DNA from: Sphaerodactylus townsendi
Lineage: Eukaryota
DNA: 64,000 bases
Reading direction: 5' to 3'
Assembly: GCF_021028975.2 (NCBI RefSeq)
Contig: NC_059425.1
Location: 50,902,001-50,966,000 of the forward strand
The translations under genes were made by a program, and so were the position numbers. The notes under the pieces were generated by a model. The model saw only the letters and a list, made by a program, of their open reading frames with translations. It did no database searches and was not told the DNA's origin. This document shows positions 1 to 64,000 of this stretch, piece by piece. How positions within the stretch are numbered: the first letter of the stretch is position 1; each line of letters starts with the position of its first letter.

Positions 1-857
1 CTATTTGTGACTATATATCCTTACGCAGAGCAACATACCCTCTATACTTTCCTTCTCACATTTTATTTCCCTTTTTTCTTGTTCCCTCTTACTCCCCATC
101 TTCCATCTTGTTCCCCATAATGAAAAACAAGGCTGTGGTTTATTTTATTTCAGGAAATGAAAACTCATTACCACATATCTGATTTCTGAATCTTTCAGAG
201 TGCAGATCAAAAAATCTGCATAATGGGGCCTGGTACAGAAAGAGGAGATAGTTTCTACATAATGTAAAAAGTTTCTACACACCCAGGAGAAGCCGAGGTG
301 CAGAAAAATAACAAAAATATACACACTCTTGAACAGAGAAACAATTTTTTAAAAGGCTGGAATCTTATTAGATCATGGTTAACCCCACAACACAGCCAGA
401 TTTTTTTAAAAAAGCACAGCAATGGGATTCATAGTGTTTTCTGATTGTGTTCATGTACCCATACCTATTCAAAGGAAGATATCCCAGAATGTAAGCAGAT
501 CCCCCTAAAAAGAGTTTTACCCATAAACTTTTTGTTGCTGAACATAATGAACTTGTAGTGAATTTAAGAAGGCCTCGTTTTCTTAATTACACTAGTTTTC
601 CTTACAGATTAACAGGGTCTGTATCAGAACAGCCATCTATTTAAATATTTGGGTATGCTAGTATTTAAATGCCCCGTTAGGACTCCAGTAGTCCTTAAAA
701 AAAAGAAGTAATCTTTTAAATCACACTCAGCTTGACCAGAACTGGTTCATGAGTAGTACCACTAATGAATAACCAAAGCCCACTTTTGTATGTGTGCTCC
801 TGCAACACAATGCAATGCGATCACCCAGTACCATTCACTTTCAAAGGTACAGCCTTT
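1..857 (-). other. PLEKHH2 3' UTR (end undefined); candidate AATAAA signals at 139-149 and 62-67
   Basis: Lies downstream of the stop codon; plus-strand tttatt reads AATAAA on the gene strand. No transcript evidence for which signal is used. Confidence 0.5.
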
Positions 858-54254
<53,397 letters not shown>

Positions 54255-55072
54255 CTGTAAAGAGATATAAGATATAAGCTCCTTGACAGCCACTACTGAA
54301 AGTATTTATAACATCATCTTCAACCAAATTATCCCCACCACCAACCAAATCAGTTTCATCTCTGGCACAAGGATTATACCTCAGGAAGGTTTGCAGCTCA
54401 CCTGTTGTTCCTGAAGTAGCTCTTTTTAAGGGAAAAGCCAGGGTTGTGCCCACTTTCCTGAATCTTGAAGCAAATGCCACATTGGGACACAGTGTTCCCA
54501 GCATGTCAAAAGGCTGCATGTACTCTAAAATTGCTGAATATCACTACCCTAAGTGATTAGCAGCCCAAACCAGAGCCCTAGGGTGGCTAGGGGCACTGAT
54601 GCTGCGGCACCACCCTGCCACCTCCAAACAGCTTTTGGCAATGGAGGGATGCAAAAAAACTCCTCCCCACATCTGAAATGCCTACCATTGGATTCAGTGG
54701 GCTTAAGCCCCTCAAGGGTGGTGTAAACCTAAGTCCCAGCTCCATCCCAAGCCATGCCTCTAGAACACCACCGCCATGATGGCAAGGGTGCAGGAGCGTC
54801 TGACATGGCACTCTGGAGGCACTTACTGGCAACTTTACCCAACCACTGAGGTAAGTGCCCAGAAAGGGCAAATTCACTGGCATATGGCCCCTCCACCTGA
54901 ACAACTCCCTTAGCCTCACCCTGGATGAGGCTGTAAACAAATCAACATACAGTAACTTGGTAAATCTTACAAACAACCTTATACAGTTGGCTAGAATTAT
55001 TATCCTCATATTGCAGAAGTGCAGAGTCAGCAGTTCACTGAAGGCCAGGTAGAGATTTAATGGCTAAACTGA

Positions 55073-55571
55073 GGTCGCTTCCGCACGGCCACGCTGGGGG
55101 GGTGCGTGGGCGTATATGACGCCAACACCCCCCCGGGACCGTTCGTATGAACGGTCCCGGTAAAGGCAGGGAAGACGGCGCAGCGCTGCGCCGTTGCCTG
55201 ATCGACGTATCTTCCCTGCGACCTTCCGGCGCATCACCCAGGACAGGGGACACGCCCCCGTGCCCTGCGCGACCGCTCTGGTGTCGCAGGGCAGGGGGGC
55301 GTGTCCCCAGGCCCAGGCGACATGCTGAAAGGTCGCAGAGAAGGTACGTCGATCAGGAAAGGGGGGGATGGCGCCTTCCAGCCGCTGCCGTTCGCACAGC
55401 AGCGGCTGGAAGCCGCTGTTTTTCAAAAACCTCGCTCAGGGCTTTGCACCGCTGGGGGGGAGCGAGGGCAGTGCGGCTGCAATGCAGCTGCACCCCCCAT
55501 GCGAACAGCTCCCTAGGGACAGTGTTTTTGCTGTCCCTAGGGCACTGTAAAAGGCCCGTGTGGAAAGGGCC
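55073..55571. mobile_element. CpG-rich Harbinger-type MITE
   Basis: TIR ggtcgcttccgcacgg / ccgtgtggaaagggcc; flanks tga / tca; internal hairpins such as ccgggaccgttcgtatgaacggtcccgg. Confidence 0.78.
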
Positions 55572-55984
55572 TCAGATTTGAATCTGGTGCTTCTTGACTA
55601 ATCCACTAAAGGTAAGATAAAACAGTGCAACCCTAACTGTTGTTAAACCCTTCTAATACCACTGAAATGAATGCAAAATGAACCAAGTCCAAAAACAGCT
55701 AAATGTCAACACAAGTAGAAAAAGGAAATTCCTTTCATGTTTCAAATAAAATTAACAACCTACCAGAGAGAACATCAATCAGTATGGAAAAGCGATGGAA
55801 GAAATTAAGTTTGGCATATTTGTATGTGAAACCTGGTGAAACATTCCTTGCTAACAATGCTGCCACCTTCTTCTCTATTAGTAGGTCCAGGTCCAGCAGC
55901 AGTCCCAATCCACAAACCTGCTCATTTAGGGTAAACCTGATCCAGAGGAAAAAAATCATCTCAATGCTTAATTCCATATTTAGC

Positions 55985-56270
55985 ACCTCAACACCAGCCA
56001 TACCATCTCAGGTTCACTGTTCACCTTCCAACATTATACATGCCATCAAATGTCAGCAATGCCCTTTCACTTCCTACAACAGACAAATGGGTCAGTCCCT
56101 AACCAACAGAATAAACAGACATAATCCAACATTAAAAACCACAACACTCAGAAACCAGTGGGAGAACATTTTAATCTTCCAGGTAATTTCGCTGGTGACC
56201 TAAGAGTGGCAGTCTTCACACAAACAAACTTCAGGAGGAAAGTGCTGAACTTGAGTAAATTTATGACCCC
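55985..56270 (+). mobile_element. Penelope-like (Neptune-type) GIY-YIG endonuclease fragment
   Basis: CSPSNIIHAIKCQQCP...GQSLTNRINRH...VGEHFNLPG. Confidence 0.75.
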
Positions 56271-57299
56271 CAAACTGCAGATGCTAATTTTCTGCCCTCA
56301 TGCATTTTCCCTCTACTCTAATCAGTCCTGCCTGCAAGACAGCCTGCTTACCTGCCAGCAGAACAAGACCTGATGGGCTGTGGCCTGCACCTGTGCCCAG
56401 AGGAGGGAGAGTCCTTCCCCACCCACCCCATTTGAAACACCTGTGGAGGGTGGGGGCCTAGCAGCTCTATAAGACACTGCAGCAGCAGTAGCCAAAGGAT
56501 GCTGCCTGTTTGGGGACTGGTTGGGGGATGGGCCTTTTTTTGAGGAAACAGATCCTGTGGTTTGGGGTTTTTAAATGGGGCTGGAGGTCCAAGATGACGG
56601 CAGCAACAGAGCAGGGCTAAGACGCCTGCTTAAAGCAATACAACCTGAACCTGCTTACCATAGTCTATTATAGCTCCCTAGTAGTAGTTAGCTAGTCTTG
56701 TTAAGACAGCTGTAAGTTTGGATTAGTTCAGTCCTCAAAGAGTTATTTAATATTGTGTTTTTAGGTTGTCATAGGAATTTTCTACTGTACGAGGGGAGGG
56801 GAGGGATGAATAAGGAATTAGTAGTAGTTATGATTAGTTCAGTTGATGTGCTAGAGTTTGGCTCATTAGATATGGCCGCGTAGTCACTGATTTTGTGTCA
56901 ACTTAGTTGAGAATTAGTGAGGACCAGAGTCCTGGGGAGAGACTGGCCATTATGGGGGCCGATAAGGGGTTGGGGATCCCATTCCTGTGGGGCGGGGAAG
57001 GTATGCTGATAGGATGAGGCCTAATGAGAGAAGGGGGTTGAGACAATATATAATTCATCCTCATTCTGACCTGATTCCTATTCACAGATCTGAGGGATGT
57101 GGGCAAGTGATCTTCCCTGCTGCATCATTTTTTTAAATTTTTTTATTGATATTTTGGATTGTTACAGATTTATATCATACATCTTTATATTCATCCTCCA
57201 TATCCTTTTCCTCCCCTTTCCCCCCTCCCCCCTTCTTCTTTTCTTCTTTAAATGTGCAGCAGCACATTTCTTTCTCCCTGCTTCATCATTGGTGCTTCT

Positions 57300-58075
57300 C
57301 AATAAACAATAAGTTCAATGTCCTCGGGAATTATCTTGAGGACCAGAAGATGGACCTGGCGTTTGTCACGGAAACCTGGGTTAAGGAGGGCGAGACAATT
57401 GCTCTGATTGCACTCCCCTCCCCCCAGGTTTCGCGTTCCTTCCCCAATGCCGAACACAGGGCCGGGGTGGTGGTGGTGGCGGCAATCTTCATCCGTGATT
57501 CTATTCCCTTTCAGGAAATTCCTGCACCGTCAATCTCCAGGATAGAGTGTGTTGGTCTGATGTGGGGGGCCTTGGAGAGGCTGGTAATCCTTCTGGTGCA
57601 CCGGTTGACTAGCGCACTGGCAGGCAGTCTGTCCCAGCTGCTGGAGACCATCTCAGAGTGGCCATTGAGGTTCCCTAGACTTATTGTCCTGGGAGACTTC
57701 AACGTCCATGGGGATGCGGTCTCGTGCCATGTGGTTGTGAATCTCGTGTCATCCATGGTAACGCTAGGCCGCTTTCTTGTCAACACTGGCCCCACACATC
57801 AAGCAGGTCACACCCAGATTTGATTTTTGGGGTGGAAATATATATGGTTGTATCCCCTATTAGTAGAGTGCCATGTCCGACCATTTCACTCTGAGGGTTT
57901 GGGTGGAGTTACCACCCTACCCCAGTTTAGACAACTAGCAGATTTTATCTCACCCACAGAGACTTATGGATCCACTTGGTTTCCAGAATGCTTTGCAGGA
58001 CCCTAAGCCCACTGGCATCCTTGATGAGCAAGTCGATGACTCGTACTCCAGGCTGTCGGATGCCATAGAGTGAAT
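57300..58075 (+). mobile_element. L2/CR1-clade LINE, AP-endonuclease region (decayed)
   Basis: ORF 57146..57823 contains DLAFVTETW, LIVLGDFNVH and GPTHQAGHT, the APE motifs of LINE ORF2. Confidence 0.85.
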
Positions 58076-59717
58076 TGCTGACCTGCTTCACCGTTAGCAA
58101 GGCAGAGTCCTGGAGCATCCCTGAGTTCTTAGTCACTTCTCAGCACATTAAAAGCTTGAGCACATTAAAAGCATGTGCACATATCTGCACTTCAAAGCAG
58201 CCAAATTATTTTAGATATCTCCTGTGTTCTTTGGGGTGCTCCACGAAAACATGCATATTATTATTATATGACTTTTTTAAAAAGTAAAAGCTATCAATAA
58301 GGGGGAAAACAAACAAAAATAAAGCCAGTTTTGTAACACATCCCAGACAAATACCTTTTTCACTGGAAATTACTGCTCTACATCTGATAGTAATCAAATT
58401 ACTTTTTAAAGCAAATTTTAGTTCCAACAATGAACAGAGAAAAGCCACATGTGAACAAAAATGTAAAAATAGACCTTCAGGGGAAAAAACTGTTGAAAGA
58501 TAAAAAGCAACAACAAACTGATGTCCTGCAGATTTCTTCAACAGAATAGAAGAAATATTTCTGGTCACCTCAGTGATAAATAGGTTTATTATTACTACTG
58601 TATTTAAGAATATAAGAGCCACGCAAAATCGGACAAAATGCCCATCTAGTCCAGCATTCTCTTCACACAATGGCTAACCAGCTATCTCTAGGAAGCCCAC
58701 AAATATTTGGGATATTTGATACTCCTGCATTAATAAATATAAGATAATTCTGTTTTTGAAAAACATTTCTGCTTGTTCACCTGGATGAATTTTTTATTCA
58801 CCAAAAGCAACCAGTTGAATAACTAAGCCAATTCTAAAGGAGTCCCTGCTAATGCACTTGGAAGAGGTCACATAATCAGACAAGGAAGATCTGGATAGTT
58901 CTTCTACGCTTGTTAGGAATAGCATGCCAGTTTTGCGGTTGTGGCACCAAACTTCTAAAAACACAACAACTCCTAAAACAGAAAAATACAAGCTTATGGA
59001 CAGTACTATATAAAGATGCAAAACAGATTTTCAAAAGCAGAGGGAAATATGCTGTTCTACTATTCCAGTGTATAAGATGATTACTGAGGATATTTTTTTC
59101 CATATTTAGTCTCAAGACTAAGAATCTAGTACATTGTCCATTCATTCTCGCTTCTTCCTCACTCTCCACATACTTTTTCTCCCAGGTTAGGTCATTTTTG
59201 TTAATAAGGCATAAGGACAGAAATTCTAAAATAAGTTACAGCTATTTCCTGTTTTTATAGTCATTTTTCAGAAAACAACTATTATTGAAAGGATGCAAAA
59301 AACCTCAAAAGAAGCTAAAGATACCCTTCTAAACATTCAAAAATGGCACTTCTTGCATAGATCATAACAAAATAACATTCCACACATACACACAAAAATG
59401 AAAGAAGCTCACCTGAAATGCTAGACAAAATAGTTAAAAACCTAAAGAAACCTATAGTTTCTCAAATATGAAATGGTCTCCTTGTAGGATGACTGTAACA
59501 TAATATAAGGAGACAGGGAGCCATGAAAACAAATATCCTACAGCCTTTACACAAATCTATGGTGTAGCCACATTTTGCATATTGTATAGAATTCTGGTCA
59601 TGAATTTTCAAATACAGTATTGTAGCACTGGACAAATACAACCACAATGATTGAGAGGTACAAAGGCATTTCCCTGTAAGGAAAGGATAAAGCTTTTTGG
59701 ACTTGTTTAATTTAGAC

Positions 59718-60929
59718 CAGTGGTGGCGAATCTATGGCATACATGCCAGAGGTGGCACTCAGAGCCCTCTCTGTGGGCACGTGGGCACAGAGTTTGTCAT
59801 GTGGGGGGGAGGAAAATCGCCCCCCCACATCTAGGCTGGGCTGGGCTGCTGGGCACAACTGCAGCGAGCAGGGAGGACTCGGCTGGCAGGCCTGGTGCCT
59901 GTGCTCCAGGTGGCTGCTGCCCGAGGGGGGGGGCAGAGGCAGCGGAGATGCTAGAGAGACACAGAGTGGCACATGTGGGACTGGAGGCTAGAGCAGGCTG
60001 GCCCCTGCTCGAGGGGGTGGGGCGGAGACATAGGAGTGGGACAGAGGCGCTGGAGCAGTGTAGGGCAGAGCTGCAGGTGCATGCAGGACCTGCTGGAGGC
60101 TGGAGCAGGCTGGGTGCTGCTGCTCAAGGGGTTGAACAAACAAAACGTGTGCCTTTCCAAACACCGGGGAAATGCTCAGACCCAAGTTTTTTGCCAATTG
60201 CCTGGGCAGATCAAGCCTAGGGAGGAGGAACCGAGATGCATTTAGGATTTCTTTAAAAGCACACCAAGGTGTTTGCTAGAACTGCTTTTATTTTTCTGTT
60301 CCTGCTGTATTTTTGTGGGAAGACAAGTGCTGCGAGGAAGGAAGGAAAAACCACAGATCAGATGGTTGCTCCACCAATTTAGCTTTCCTGAAGTTATCCC
60401 ACCCCTCGCACAGCATTCTTGCTTAGGATTGCCTTCCTTGACTGCCTTTTTACTTCTATCTTGTGGTGGGGGTTTATTGGGTTTCAGAAAGCAAAAGTTT
60501 TACTTTCCTCTCCCATCACACACACCCCTTCCCCCGCCAGGCCCCCAGTATGATAATAGTGTAATTATTTCAAGGAGATTATTAGCATTAAAAACCTAAG
60601 ACCTAGTTTTGGGGAAGCAGTCCTTTACCTTTAAAGCGCGATCCTTTACCTGAAAGTAAGCTCAGTTGCTGGCAATCGGGCTTGCTTCTGAGTAAACCCT
60701 CCAAGGGTTGTGATTCACCCATTCAAAGCGTTGCACGCTTGCTTCAAAGCAAAGCCACCAACTACCACCAAGCTTACTCCTGAGTAACGTGCACCTCCAG
60801 AGCCAACCATTTTTTCTAAACTAAAACCTCAGTATTCAGGTTAAATTGCCATGTTGGCACTTTGCGATAAATAAGTGGGTTTTAGGTTGCAGTTTGGGCA
60901 CTCGGTCTCGAAAAGGTTCACCATCACTG
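59718..60929 (+). mobile_element. Non-autonomous hAT (Charlie-group, hAT1-like) element, 1212 bp
   Basis: Perfect 8-bp TSD atttagac (59710-59717 and 60930-60937); TIR cagtggtggcgaatct / aggttcaccatcactg; no transposase ORF. Confidence 0.9.
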
Positions 60930-61466
60930 ATTTAGACACTGGGTCGACAGAGAAAATGGCAGAAATTTCAAAAAATATGCACAGGATTGAGAAACAAAAA
61001 TAATTTTATCTTTATCTTTCTTAATACTTGGAGTTATTCAATGAAATTTATTTAGGACAATTGAAATTTGCTGATGCAAGGTACACAAAGGGCTTTCCTT
61101 TCTTTGTGTGCCCAAGCAACTGTCATGCAAAATACATGACCTGGAAGATTCTCTTTAGCGATTATATGAATAGCTATACACAGACGAATATATAGCTATA
61201 CAGTTTTCATAATCAGCAAATTTACTACTTTTCACCAGGTTACAACTAAAAACCTGTTTTAAGTAAGATCATGTCCTGAGAGATAGATACGAACTAAAAT
61301 GCTATCATTTTTATTATTTTGTGCATTAGCTAAAAGAAAAATGCATATTTTGGAAAAGGCAATGCATTTCCCACTAAGTGCCAGCTTATCAAACAGAAAT
61401 TTAAAGAACAATTAAAAGTTGAAAGATCTGCCTTAATGGAACAGGACAAAATAAAGATAGGAATAG

Positions 61467-61800
61467 AGGAGGAGGAGGAGGAGGAGGAGGAGGAGGAGGA
61501 GGAGGAGAGGAAAGGAGAAGGAGAAGGAGAAGGAGAAGGAGAAGGAGGAAGAGGAGTAGTCGTTTGGATTTATATCCCCCTTTCTCTCCTGCAAGAAGAC
61601 TTAAAGGGGCTTACAATCTCCTTTCCCTCCCCCCGTGAGGTGGGTGGGGCTGAGAGAGCTCCAAAGAACTGTGATCAGCCCAAGGTCACCCAGCTGGCAT
61701 GTGTTGGAGTGCACAAGCTAATCTGGTTCCCCAGATAAGACTCTACAGCTCAAGTAGCAGAGCGGGGAATCAAACCTGGTTCCCCAGATTAGAGTGCACC
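61467..61800 (-). mobile_element. tRNA-derived SINE (Squam3-like), copy 3, with (GAG)n/(GAAGGA)n tail
   Basis: Body homologous to 32975-33235; microsatellite at 61467-61556. Confidence 0.82.
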
Positions 61801-61829
61801 AAATTACACTCAAGGTTTTGGTATTAACC

Positions 61830-62370
61830 TTTAAAGTTCTAAACTGTCTGGGACCATTGTATCTGTAGGACCACCACTTCCAATGCACCCCCCAAAGAGA
61901 ACTCCACTCTGAGAAAAAAACAATTTACTGGTGGTCCCTGGCCTGAAAAATGTCTGGCTGTCCTCAACCAGGGCCAGAACCTTTTCATCTTTGTCCTAGG
62001 CCTGGTGGAATGCTCTCTCAATTGAGACATGTGCTCTGCAGGACTTGCTTGTTTTGCAGGGCCTGTAAGACAGAGCTGACCCATCAGGTTTTTGGTCAAG
62101 GGCTGAAATACTACACAACTTAGCTGACATCCCTTCTCCCATTTCTTCCCCTATCCCTCCCCCCTCTTCCCTTTTACTTTGTGTCTTTTGTTAGTTTTGT
62201 TTAAGAACGTTCTATTTCTCTGCTAATTCATTTCCTCCCTCTAGTTGATTGTTTACAATCCTAAATGAGACACCAAGGTATTTAGACATTGATAATGTTA
62301 TTGTTGATTTTAATATTGTACATTTGACTGCTGTAAGCCACCCTGAGCCCATCCAATGGCCACCGAAATC
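61830..62370 (+). mobile_element. L2-type LINE 3' fragment
   Basis: cctggtggaatgctctc...tgtaagacagagctg...tgtaagccaccctgagccc pattern. Confidence 0.55.
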
Positions 62371-63309
62371 CAAAACCAATGATTGCTTACACGTAACTCC
62401 TCTGAATTAAGAATAATCATTGTGGTCCCTCAGTTCTGACTTTGCCTTCAAAATACTCTAAAGCCAGTAATGGCTGTAGCTGAATTCACTGGTACTAATG
62501 AGGACAGCTGAAGACAAGAATGTCTTTATCAGCTTTTATGACCTTCTAGGGGGGGAAATCTTCATGATGGTACACATTCTCCTAATACCTTTTTTAATTA
62601 AACATGTTCAACTGGCATGAATAATGGGAGAGGGAAGCATTACAATTTATGTACTCATGACCTCTCTCTGTCCCTGCTATCAGGAGACATTTTTTTAAAT
62701 TTCAGATATTATTTCAGGTCTTCTCCAGACATCAGTGACTACATATTTAGCAATTTACTCATTTTGTGATGTCCACTGATGCAGCAGCAATTCTTCCCCT
62801 ATCCCTGAGTGTCTGGAACAGCCACAGAGTACCCTTGCAGTCCAAATGGTATATATAACCTATCTGTAAAACAAAAAGTACTATGATATACAGTTCTTAA
62901 TTTATGAACAGCTAAACTATTCCAAACATCTTCAAAGGAAACACATGAATACTTAAAACTTGCACAGGAAAGAAACACCATATTAGGGGAAAAATAAAAC
63001 TCAACAAAACTTATCTTTCAACTCAGTCAATAAAAATGTATCAACCAGGACACATTATTTTAGTGTTCATTTTACTTGGATTTGGGTGCATACCAAATTA
63101 TGTATTTATTGAGTATATTCATTGCTTACCCTTAACAAGCTCAAATTCAAATTATTTAAACAACAGATCCTGAAAATTCTGAGATATACATTGAAGCAGA
63201 TCCTCACAGAGCAGATGGTCATGGTGCACATGGGTCTTGGGGGCGAAGAGGGGGCTCAAGCCACAGGTGCAACTTTCCTGCATCACGTTGGGGCATGTTT
63301 GGCCACTAG

Positions 63310-63446
63310 CAGAGGTGTAGCTCCAAGGGTGCGGGGGGCGCCCCGCACCTGGTGTGTGCCCCTGTGGGGGCGTGGTGTGGGCATTCCAGGGGTGGGGCGG
63401 GGATGCACCAGTACACCGTGCACTTTTCCCCCTTGCTACGTCTCTG
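63310..63446. mobile_element. hAT-type MITE
   Basis: TIR cagaggtgtagc / gctacgtctctg; degenerate 8-bp TSD gccactag / gctaccag; related to 23719-23867. Confidence 0.7.
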
Positions 63447-63799
63447 GCTACCAGTCACCCCCTCCCCGTAGGAGCTGGAGCATTGAACTCCCTGCTGATT
63501 CTTCCTCCTGCATCCTGCAGTGGAGGAGGGGAGAGAAATGTGGCACAAATGTTCCTCTTTCCGCCCAAAAAAGCCTGAGTTGCTTTAAAAATAATCTTAC
63601 TTTACTTCCTGGTGAGTGATAGCTGGAGGAAGACTAGGGTCAGGGAAAAGGTCAGAGAAGGAATGTCCTCCCTGCCCTGTCCCCACCCCAGTCTCCTCCT
63701 GCCCACAGCATACTCACCTGGAAGTAAGCTTAATTTTAAATCAGATACTTTTTTGTGGTGGCAGTGGGGAGGGGATGTGAGTGACATTATCCCTTGAAG

Positions 63800-64000
63800 C
63801 TCTCTTGTCCTCTATTTCTCTCACCCCCTTCTCTCTCTTCCCCCATTTTTCTCTCCCATTCCTGTTCTCTCCTTTTCTCTCTCTCTCTTCTTCCCTTTTC
63901 TCCTTGCCCCATTTCTCTCTCTCCCCTTTCTTTCTATCCTCCATTTCCCTCCATTTCCCTCTCTTCCCTGTTTCTCTCTCTTTCCCTGTTTCTTTCCCTC
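63800..64000. repeat. CT-rich low-complexity tract
   Basis: Near-pure pyrimidine run to the window end. Confidence 0.85.

Noticed and set aside
57146-57823. 225-aa ORF as a host nuclease gene
   Set aside because: It carries LINE AP-endonuclease motifs and is broken immediately downstream, so it is a decayed retrotransposon.
58781-58972. Additional coding exon in the 5' intron
   Set aside because: It has acceptor- and donor-like sites, but the open frame is phase 1 whereas this intron is phase 0, and the peptide has no PLEKHH2 similarity.
61436-61738. Poly-Glu ORF
   Set aside because: It is a translation of a microsatellite and an antisense SINE.
54255-64000. First coding exon or promoter of PLEKHH2, or a nested gene in this intron
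   Set aside because: No frame encoding the expected N-terminal peptide was found. The GC-rich patches are bounded by TIRs and TSDs, so they are transposons.

Overview
Eukaryotic (vertebrate) genomic DNA; the repeat content points to a squamate, most likely a gecko (inference). The window is almost entirely one minus-strand gene, PLEKHH2 (coiled coil, two PH domains, MyTH4, FERM). I traced 28 coding exons from 54254 down to the stop codon at 858-860. All have AG/GT boundaries and consistent phases, and together give 4371 nt (1456 aa plus stop). They correspond to exons 3-30 if numbered as in the human gene as I recall it; the first coding exon was not found and probably lies beyond 64000. The introns are dense with transposons: Penelope-like elements, CR1, L2, RTE and Rex1 LINE fragments, SINEs, solo LTRs, and hAT, Tc1/mariner and Harbinger-type MITEs. 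Nearly all other listed ORFs are spurious or decayed TE frames. I found no new protein-coding system. The best leads are non-coding: (1) a spacer-less Penelope palindrome carrying an intact minimal hammerhead-ribozyme core on the pre-mRNA strand (33485-33527); (2) a Polinton-like foldback mini-element (53040-53556); (3) a non-autonomous hAT resembling the horizontally transferred hAT1 family (59718-60929); (4) twin Tc2-like MITEs with different internal cargo; (5) inverted repeats that could drive dsRNA or circRNA formation. TE family names come from motif recognition and memory, not from database searches.
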